Shown: positions 55,385-64,000 of the stretch, in pieces
Layout: each line of letters begins with the position of its first letter
Numbering within the stretch: the stretch's first letter is position 1
Assembly (NCBI GenBank): GCA_002706685.1
Contig: PALV01000017.1
Coordinates: 189,105-253,104, forward strand
Direction: 5' to 3'
From: Gammaproteobacteria bacterium
Lineage (GTDB): Bacteria; Pseudomonadota; Gammaproteobacteria; Pseudomonadales; Pseudohongiellaceae
DNA: 64,000 nucleotides
Notes under the pieces: model-generated
What the model was told of the DNA's origin: nothing
Database searches by the model: none
What the model saw: only the letters and a program-made list of their open reading frames with translations
Translations under genes and position numbers: made by a program

Positions 55385-55900
55385 CGCCGTCTGATATTGA
55401 GACTCGAAGTCTCCAACATGGGTATAAACCTCAGCGGTACCATCGGCGTTAAGCAGATAGACGTCGTAAGGCTGAAAACGGTCGCCTACTTCCATTCCCG
55501 GGCTACCGATCGGCATGCCAGGTACCGCCAGGCCAATTGCGTTTTCCGGCTTGTCTGCCAGGAACTGATGGATCAGATAGGCTGGAACATGACCTTCAAA
55601 GACTGACCCGTCTTCAGCCACCGCAGTGTGGCAGGAGTGATACCGCAGGCCGATGCCGCGGCGCAGTTTCTCAAGTGTCAATTCCTCATTATCAAGATGC
55701 TGGACAGTGAACGCAAAACCCCGCGCTGAGGCGTGATCTACCCACATACCGCAGCACCCGCAGGTCGGGCTTTTGTAGACCTCTAGCGCAATGGGCTGTT
55801 CGGCTGCGCTGGCAACGCCAGGATTATTGTCTGGCGAACAGCTGACAAGCCACATCAGCATACTCAGGCTTGCAAGTTTTATCATTGACTTCAATGGCAT
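55373..55900 (-). CDS. DUF411 family metal-binding lipoprotein
   Basis: VYKSPTCGCCGMW, SCHTA, FEGHVPA, GLAVPGMPIGSPGME. Confidence 0.9.
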   Translation of the reverse strand: MPLKSMIKLASLSMLMWLVSCSPDNNPGVASAAEQPIALEVYKSPTCGCCGMWVDHASARGFAFTVQHLDNEELTLEKLRRGIGLRYHSCHTAVAEDGSVFEGHVPAYLIHQFLADKPENAIGLAVPGMPIGSPGMEVGDRFQPYDVYLLNADGTAEVYTHVGDFESQYQTASVE

Positions 55901-56004
55901 GGCGTATTCTCCTGGGAGCGGACTGCAGGTTCAGGATGATGATCTGCGCTGCCTGAACTGTTGACCGCTTCGATGATCCGAGAAAGGTAAATCCTGCGAA
56001 CAGT

Positions 56005-56388
56005 TTACCATGATCCCAGGAAAGCGCTGCCCTGCACTGCGCTGAATGGCGAAATTATCTCTCGAATTCGTGCGGCCGCCCCGGCCGTCTCGGCGTTGAA
56101 GCCCAGCCCTATTCCGGCCGGCTGTTTGCCTGGCATACCCAGTGGTGTGCTGCATACAACGTCAAGTCGCAGCATTTCGGCCTGTGAATCGCCCGGCAAT
56201 CGCAACAGCAGGATCACTGCGTCGCAGCTGAGTTCGTCATAGTTACCCGGTATGAACAGGCCACCCTGCCTGAGAAACGGCAGGTAGCAGGCGGCGAGTG
56301 TGGCCGGATCGTCAAAGCAAATCTTCAAAAGGCGCGGCGGCTGATGAGCCGACGAGGCGAGGCTTGTGTGCAAGAGTCCATTCTCCAT
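56005..56388 (-). CDS. pilZ: PilZ (type IV pilus, PA2960-like)
   Basis: YLPFLRQGGLFIP, LLLRLP, PAGIGLGF; follows holB as in Pseudomonas. Confidence 0.75.
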   Translation of the reverse strand: MENGLLHTSLASSAHQPPRLLKICFDDPATLAACYLPFLRQGGLFIPGNYDELSCDAVILLLRLPGDSQAEMLRLDVVCSTPLGMPGKQPAGIGLGFNAETAGAAARIREIISPFSAVQGSAFLGSW

Positions 56389-56449
56389 GCGTGATTGTTT
56401 TCTTCCATGTAGCGTGCAGGCGTAAATCTGTTACCTGAAACGAACGCAG

Positions 56450-58125
<1,676 letters not shown>

Positions 58126-59157
58126 CTAGTCACTCGCGCGATTGAGAATGTATTGACGTACAGCAGCGTTGTGCTCTTCCAGTGTGTCGGAAAACTGATG
58201 ACTGCCATCGCCTCTGGAAACGAAATACAGTGCTGTTCCTTCTGCCGGGTGCAGACTTGCCTCGATCGACGCCCGACCGCTGAGGGAAATCGGTGTCGGC
58301 GGAAGCCCATTTATTCGGTATGTGTTCCAGGGCGTGGTCGTCTCAAGATCGCGGCGCCTGATATCTCCCTGATACTCGGCGCCCATCCCGTAAATTACCG
58401 TGGGGTCCGATTGCAGACGCATGCCACGTTGCAGGCGGCGCACAAAGACGCCTGCGATTGCATTCTTTTCGGCATTGTATCCTGACTCGCGCTCGATGAT
58501 TGAGGCCATGATCAGGGCTTCCCACGGGGATTCGTATGGCAGCGCCGCGTCCCGCGCCGGCCAGAGCTCATTCATTGTCTGCTGCAGTCGCTGATTGGCG
58601 CGTCGCAGAATATCAATATCGGTGGTGCCACGTGTGTGGAAATAGGTGTCAGGAAATATGCTGCCTTCCAGAGCGGGATAAGGAGACTGCAGTTGTGCCA
58701 GTATTTCCTCGTGCGTCAGGCCCTGCAGAGTGCTGGTAATCGTATCGATGGCCCATAACTGACTCAGGGCCTGGTCGATGGTCCAACCCTCAACCAGTGT
58801 GACCGGATATTGCACATTGCGCCCGGAGACCAGCAAGGCAAGAATTTCTGGAGGCGTCATCGACAGCTCTATTGCAAACTCACCACTGCGGATGGAACGA
58901 TCCTGGCCTTGTGAGCGAGTCCAGGCTGCGAAAATACGTGGCCACTTAAGGCCCGCTTCGCGATGCAACAGCGCGGCTACCTGATTTACACCAAATCCGG
59001 CAGGGATATCGATCACGATGCTTTCCGTGCTTGAGTGGCCGTCTGCTATCGGTGTTTCCAGGTAACGGTTCAGGCTCAACCAGCCAAGCAGCGCCGCACC
59101 GATGCACAGTGCCACCATGATGCTGAAGAATTTGATAAGCCGGGATCGGGAAAGCAT
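58126..59157 (-). CDS. mltG: Endolytic transglycosylase MltG
   Basis: EGSIFPDTY, MASIIERE, RLQSDPTVIYG, PWNTYRINGLPPTPI; start set after the pabC stop. Confidence 0.95.
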   Translation of the reverse strand: MLSRSRLIKFFSIMVALCIGAALLGWLSLNRYLETPIADGHSSTESIVIDIPAGFGVNQVAALLHREAGLKWPRIFAAWTRSQGQDRSIRSGEFAIELSMTPPEILALLVSGRNVQYPVTLVEGWTIDQALSQLWAIDTITSTLQGLTHEEILAQLQSPYPALEGSIFPDTYFHTRGTTDIDILRRANQRLQQTMNELWPARDAALPYESPWEALIMASIIERESGYNAEKNAIAGVFVRRLQRGMRLQSDPTVIYGMGAEYQGDIRRRDLETTTPWNTYRINGLPPTPISLSGRASIEASLHPAEGTALYFVSRGDGSHQFSDTLEEHNAAVRQYILNRASD

Positions 59158-59164
59158 GGCGGCA

Positions 59165-60034
59165 TTATGCCAGAACTTGCTGAATTTCTCTGGCAAAACG
59201 GTGCTGAGGAAACAGGATATCCTGTCCGCCAACGGAGACACAGTTCACAGGCCATATGCCGATGATGGAATTACAGACAAACATTTCCTGAAAACTTTGT
59301 ATTTGGGTGACTGGAAGCTGCCCCACCACCAATGACCAGCCACGCTGCTCTGCCAGCGTCAGCACCAACTGGCGCATGATTCCCGCGATGCCAGCTTCGG
59401 CAATTGAAGGCGTAAACAGGCTGTCTTCGTTGGCCAGAAAGATATTACTCTTGGTACCTTCCAGCAGATTGCCGGCAGAATCAACCATCAGCGCTTCCTG
59501 TATGTCCTCATGCTGCTGCGTAGCCTGCTGCAGCTCAATACTGGCGAGAACCTGTTCAAGACGATTGAGATGCTTTACGCCTGGCAGAGCGGCAGGACTG
59601 CTGACAGTCTGTTTCGCCGTAATGCAGGTGATACCGTGTTGTCGGTAATGTGACAGCATGGCTGGCAAGGGAAATGATTGCAGGATGATGCGGGGCTTCG
59701 CGTCAACTGGCGGCTGGTAACCACGGCCACCGCTACCGCGAGTGATGATCAATTTGATAACGGCGTTATTGAGTGTCTGATGCTGCAGCTGAGACAGAAA
59801 ACTCTGCAGCTGGCTTTCGATGCTTGCAGGCGATACCGGGATAGCGAGTTGCTTGCAACCGGCAAGCAGCCGTTGCAGGTGTTGCTCGAGGTGACGCAAC
59901 TTGCCTGCCTGCAGGCGCATGGTTTCGAACAGGCCATCGCCGTACATCAGACCGCGGTCTGATGCCGGCAACTGGTCAGTCATCATGCCGTTTACCTGAG
60001 TAAGCTGTGTCGGCATCTGCATGACGTCCGCCAC
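59165..60034 (-). CDS. pabC: Aminodeoxychorismate lyase
   Basis: DRGLMYGDGLFETM, KLIITRGSGGRGY, KHLNRLEQV, EGTKSNIF. Confidence 0.95.
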   Translation of the reverse strand: MADVMQMPTQLTQVNGMMTDQLPASDRGLMYGDGLFETMRLQAGKLRHLEQHLQRLLAGCKQLAIPVSPASIESQLQSFLSQLQHQTLNNAVIKLIITRGSGGRGYQPPVDAKPRIILQSFPLPAMLSHYRQHGITCITAKQTVSSPAALPGVKHLNRLEQVLASIELQQATQQHEDIQEALMVDSAGNLLEGTKSNIFLANEDSLFTPSIAEAGIAGIMRQLVLTLAEQRGWSLVVGQLPVTQIQSFQEMFVCNSIIGIWPVNCVSVGGQDILFPQHRFAREIQQVLA

Positions 60035-60044
60035 GGTGACGGAC

Positions 60045-61307
60045 TCAGGGTGCTTTGGTAAAAATCAGTGAGCCGTTGGTGCCACCGAATCCGAACGAAT
60101 TGGTGAGCACGGCCCGTAATTTGGCATCGCGCGCCGTATTAGGCACGTAGTCCAGATCGCAGCCTTCATCCGGTTCATCGAGATTGATGGTCGGTGTAAC
60201 GACCTGATCGTGCAGTGACAGCACACTGATGATGGCTTCGACCGCACCGGCCGCGCCCAGCAGGTGACCAATCATGGATTTGCTGGAACTGACTGACAGT
60301 TTACTGGCGTGTTCACCGAAAACCGTTTTGATGGCCTGGGTTTCTGCTATGTCGCCAGCCAGCGTGGACGTGCCGTGCGCATTGATGTAATCAATGTCGC
60401 TGGCGTCAAGTCCGGCACTGTTCAAGGCGTTTTGCATGCAGGTCGCCGCGCCGCGTCCGTTCTCTGAAGGTGAGGTCATGTGGAATGCGTCAGCGCTCAT
60501 GCCAAAGCCGGTCAACTCAGCGTATATTTTTGCACCGCGTTTGACCGCATGTTCATACTCCTCAAGAACCATAATGCCAGCCCCATCGCTCAGCACAAAG
60601 CCGTCGCGTGATTTGTCCCAGGGACGGCTTGCGGCCTGAGGGTCGTCATTGCGAGTCGATAACGCACGTGCGGCACAGAATCCGCCCAAGCCTACCGGTG
60701 ATGTTGCCATCTCGGCGCCGCCGGCCAACATGAGATCGGCCTGACCGAGAGCAATCATCTGAGCGGCGAGGCCAATATTGTGTGTGCCGGTTGTGCAGGC
60801 GGTGGTTATCGCGATATTGGGTCCCTGCAGGTTGTAACGAATGGACAGCGAGCCGCCGATCATGTTGATGATCGAGCCCGGTACAAAAAATGGGGAAACC
60901 TTGCGGGGGCCAGAGTTGCGAATCAGCTCAGCGGTATCTTCGATAGCACTGATACCACCAATGCCCGAACCGATCGCCGCACCAAATCTGGCAGGGTCGA
61001 ATGCAGCTTCGTCGCCGTCCAGACCGGCATCCCGCATCGCCTGGACACCGGCACTGACGCCGTAGACCAGGAAGACATCCATACGTTTGGCGTCTTTGGG
61101 AGCAATGTAGGGTTCGCTATCAAATGCTTTGATCGAACCGCCGAAACGTGTGCTGAATGCAGACACGTCAAAATGCTCGATCAGGTTGATGCCGCTGTTC
61201 CCTGCTTTAAGTCCATCCCAGGTGCTTGTCACATCGTTGCCTAGCGGCGTGACCATACCCAGGCCGGTAACTACTACTCGTCTGCCGTTCAAAGCGTAGT
61301 TCTCCAC
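60045..61307 (-). CDS. fabF: Beta-ketoacyl-ACP synthase II
   Basis: [36 protein letters not shown]. Confidence 0.98.
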   Translation of the reverse strand: MENYALNGRRVVVTGLGMVTPLGNDVTSTWDGLKAGNSGINLIEHFDVSAFSTRFGGSIKAFDSEPYIAPKDAKRMDVFLVYGVSAGVQAMRDAGLDGDEAAFDPARFGAAIGSGIGGISAIEDTAELIRNSGPRKVSPFFVPGSIINMIGGSLSIRYNLQGPNIAITTACTTGTHNIGLAAQMIALGQADLMLAGGAEMATSPVGLGGFCAARALSTRNDDPQAASRPWDKSRDGFVLSDGAGIMVLEEYEHAVKRGAKIYAELTGFGMSADAFHMTSPSENGRGAATCMQNALNSAGLDASDIDYINAHGTSTLAGDIAETQAIKTVFGEHASKLSVSSSKSMIGHLLGAAGAVEAIISVLSLHDQVVTPTINLDEPDEGCDLDYVPNTARDAKLRAVLTNSFGFGGTNGSLIFTKAP

Positions 61308-61320
61308 GTAATAAACAAAA

Positions 61321-61348
61321 GCTACTCCAAGTCTGTCCCCGGAGTAGC
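61321..61348 (-). terminator. Terminator/attenuator between acpP and fabF
   Basis: GCTACTCC/GGAGTAGC 8-bp stem followed on the minus strand by TTTTGTTT. Confidence 0.7.
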
Positions 61349-61382
61349 TTCTATTAGAGTCAATCCGATATGCGGAATGCTA

Positions 61383-61616
61383 TTACAGGTGCTGGTTGAT
61401 GTAGTCGATTGCCAGCTGGACAGTTGTGATCTTCTCGGCTTCTTCGTCCGGAATTTCAGTCTCAAACTCTTCTTCGAGAGCCATAACCAATTCCACGGTG
61501 TCCAAAGAATCGGCGCCCAGATCTTCAACAAAAGAAGAGGAGGCTTTGACATCTTCTTCTTTCACGCCAAGCTGCTCGCAGACAATTTTTTTCACGCGTT
61601 CTTCAATGCTGCTCAT
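61383..61616 (-). CDS. acpP: Acyl carrier protein
   Basis: [20 protein letters not shown]. Confidence 0.99.
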   Translation of the reverse strand: MSSIEERVKKIVCEQLGVKEEDVKASSSFVEDLGADSLDTVELVMALEEEFETEIPDEEAEKITTVQLAIDYINQHL

Positions 61617-61849
61617 AACTCTTATTAGCTCCTAGTACCTTAAGGTTTGTCATGCATTCCGATTAAATTGGTTATTATTTGACCAACTGACATAATCCGA
61701 ATCGCAAGTTTACATCTATTTTACTGCGCTTGTAATCTCAAACTCGAAAATAATTGAATGCTTTAAATTATTTTTCATAAAATTCAGCATCTTACTATTT
61801 CATCTTCACTAATTACTTATCCTATAATCGAACCCTCGTCAGTGTTGGT

Positions 61850-62596
61850 TCAGGCCATGTACATACCACCATTGACCTGAATGGTTTCACCTGTGATGTA
61901 GGCGCCGGCATCGGAAGCCAGGAAACTGGCAACTGAAGCGATTTCCTCTGGTTTACCGAAGCGGGCCAACGGTATCTGAGCCAGTAGCGTTTCAATCTGT
62001 TTTTCGTTCAGCGCTCGGGTCATATCGGTGTCGATAAACCCGGGAGCAATAGCATTAACGGTAATACCGCGCGAACCAATTTCTCGGGCCAAAGATCGCG
62101 TGAATCCCTCTGCCGCAGCCTTGCTGGCAGCATAATTGCTCTGCCCGGGATTGCCACTTGAAGCGACCACCGAGCTGATATTAATAATTCTTCCCCAACG
62201 GGCCTTTGTCATGGCTTTCAGCGCAGACCGGCATACGCGATAGAGTGAGTTAAGATTGGTATTGATTACACTGTCCCACTCGTCCTCTTTCATGCGCATC
62301 AGCAGATTGTCGCGCGTGATCCCTGCGTTATTGACAAGAATCAGTGGCGGCTCACCCAGTTCATTACTGATGGCCTGCATGACACTGTCTACTGCCTCCA
62401 TGGACGATACGTCGAGGCAAAATCCTTTGCCTTTGATGCCATTTTCGGCAAAAAATTCCGTAATTGCCTGAGCGCCATTCTCGGTGGTTGCAGTGCCAGC
62501 CACAATGACTCCCTGAGCGCCCAGCTCTGCAGCGATGGCACGACCAATTCCTCGGCTGGCACCAGTGACCAGTGCAACTTTTCCTGAAATGCTCAT
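61850..62596 (-). CDS. fabG: 3-oxoacyl-ACP reductase
   Basis: VTGASRGIG, NNAGITRDNL, NYAASK, NAIAPGFI. Confidence 0.98.
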   Translation of the reverse strand: MSISGKVALVTGASRGIGRAIAAELGAQGVIVAGTATTENGAQAITEFFAENGIKGKGFCLDVSSMEAVDSVMQAISNELGEPPLILVNNAGITRDNLLMRMKEDEWDSVINTNLNSLYRVCRSALKAMTKARWGRIINISSVVASSGNPGQSNYAASKAAAEGFTRSLAREIGSRGITVNAIAPGFIDTDMTRALNEKQIETLLAQIPLARFGKPEEIASVASFLASDAGAYITGETIQVNGGMYMA

Positions 62597-62626
62597 CAGC
62601 ATTGACTCCTTGTTCGCTACGTTGTG

Positions 62627-63562
62627 CTATTTGACGTTCTGCAGCGCTGATGCCAGCGCTTCTGATGAATCTGCCGCAAAACACTCAAGCTCTGGGTGAA
62701 TGCGTTTCACCAGACCACTGAGCACTTTGCCGGGGCCGCATTCTACAACCTTGGCGATACCAAAGTCGCGCATACAGTAAATTGTGTCTACCCACTGCAC
62801 GGGCATATAAAGCTGTTTAAGCAGATTATCCTTGATCTCGCCGGGCTCTCGCGTCGCACGACCATTGATATTCTGCACCACGGGAATTTCCGGGCGACGG
62901 AAATCAACTTTTGCCAGATCGTCAGCCAGGCGATCGGCAGCCGGTTTCATCAAGGCGCAGTGAGAAGGAACGCTGACGTTAAGTGGCAGTGCCCGCTTCG
63001 CGCCGGCGGCTTTGCATGCCTCCATGGCGCGTTCAACGGCTGCTTTGCTGCCAGCAATCACTGTCTGTCCGGGTGAATTGAAATTCGCTGCTGAGACTGT
63101 GTCACCATTGGCGACGCCTGCGCAAATATCATCAATGCGATTGTCGTCCATTCCGATTATGGCAGCCATGCCGCCGGTTCCAGCCGGAACGGCGTCCTGC
63201 ATGTACCGGCCGCGGTTGTGGACCAGTGATACGGCGTCAGTGAAGCTCAATACACCGGCGCATACCAGTGCTGAGTATTCACCCAGGCTATGACCTGCCA
63301 GCATGTCCGGCAACGGCCCCTTTTCCTGCATCCAAGTACGCCACAGCGCCACCGAGGCCGTCAACAGGGCTGGCTGAGTGATGTAGGTCTGATCCAGCAG
63401 ACCGTCTGGATTGTCGACGACGATCTGCCACAGGTCCTGACCAATCACAGCCGAGGCTTCTGAAAAGGTGGAGCTGATAACTGGGTGCTGGTCAATCATG
63501 TCCGCAAGCATCCCGCTGCGCTGGGAACCCTGGCCAGGAAATACGAATCCAATCTTTGGCAT
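62627..63562 (-). CDS. fabD: Malonyl-CoA:ACP transacylase
   Basis: FPGQGSQ, TQPALL, GHSLGEY, VSVPSHC. Confidence 0.98.
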   Translation of the reverse strand: MPKIGFVFPGQGSQRSGMLADMIDQHPVISSTFSEASAVIGQDLWQIVVDNPDGLLDQTYITQPALLTASVALWRTWMQEKGPLPDMLAGHSLGEYSALVCAGVLSFTDAVSLVHNRGRYMQDAVPAGTGGMAAIIGMDDNRIDDICAGVANGDTVSAANFNSPGQTVIAGSKAAVERAMEACKAAGAKRALPLNVSVPSHCALMKPAADRLADDLAKVDFRRPEIPVVQNINGRATREPGEIKDNLLKQLYMPVQWVDTIYCMRDFGIAKVVECGPGKVLSGLVKRIHPELECFAADSSEALASALQNVK

Positions 63563-63578
63563 ATCTGTTACTCGCTTT

Positions 63579-64000
63579 TTACACCATTTTACCGGCAATC
63601 AGCGCCGGAACGTTATCGTTGATCTGTCTGAGGGCATGCTCTATCGCTTTCAGGAAGCCCTGCTCATTGGCATTGCCGTGGCTTTTTACAATGATACCCT
63701 GCAGTCCCACAAGCGTTGCGCCATTATAGCGGGCGGGATCTATTTCTCTGCGCAGATCCCGCAACAGTGGTTTGAGAATCCAGCTGAACGTCTTGTAATA
63801 CCATCGTCTGGCGATACTGCGTCGCATCAGGGCCTGAAGTGCCTTGACTGCTCCCGCACTGGTCTTGATGGTTATGTTGCCTGTGAATCCGTCACAGACG
63901 ATGACGTCGGCGTGTCCGGAGAACAGCTGATTGCCTTCGATGTAGCCCAGATATTCAAAGTCCGGATTATCGGCCAGCAGTCCCGCGGCTTCCTGAATAA
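63579..64000 (-). CDS. plsX: Phosphate acyltransferase PlsX (starts beyond the window end)
   Basis: Manual translation GYIEGNQLFSGHADVIVCDGFTGN; YNGATLVGLQGIIVKSHG. Confidence 0.95.
   Translation of the reverse strand, partial: IQEAAGLLADNPDFEYLGYIEGNQLFSGHADVIVCDGFTGNITIKTSAGAVKALQALMRRSIARRWYYKTFSWILKPLLRDLRREIDPARYNGATLVGLQGIIVKSHGNANEQGFLKAIEHALRQINDNVPALIAGKMV

Noticed and set aside
61685-61703. Minus-strand GATTCGGATTATGTCAGTT resembling parts of dif
   Set aside because: Lacks the 6-bp spacer and the TTATGTTAAAT arm; lies in the acpP promoter region. No canonical dif was seen anywhere in the window.

Overview
Chromosomal segment of a Pseudomonas-like gammaproteobacterium (gene order resembles Pseudomonadales; genus not determinable here). 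Most of it is housekeeping: purB-hflD-mnmA-nudJ, moaCDE, rluE, cspD, clpS-clpA, infA-aat-trxB, ftsK-lolA-rarA-crcB-serS-cysG, tusDCBE, yccA, tRNA-Ser(TGA), prc, and plsX-fabD-fabG-acpP-fabF-pabC-mltG-tmk-holB-pilZ. Accessory genes include peptidases, NhaC, MscS, a TetR-RND pump and a TolC/multicopper-oxidase cluster. The standout is a 3440-bp element with no integrase (44955-48416). It encodes a gpII/X-type rolling-circle Rep, a divergent XRE repressor, orphan ORFs and many hairpins, and it lies between 22-bp direct repeats. Removing it rebuilds a perfect 36-bp palindrome with tyrosine-recombinase core geometry (CACTATTTCCGGTAA-TCTTTA-TTACCGGAAATAGTG). An intact standalone tyrosine recombinase lies about 7.6 kb away, flanked by motifs that recur just outside the site. 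A by-eye scan shows KOPS (GGGNAGGG) polarity switching around this site, and no canonical dif was seen. Hypothesis (inference, untested): a non-canonical single-recombinase Xer/dif-like system exploited by a TLC/IMEX-like satellite. All motif searches were by eye, not computed.
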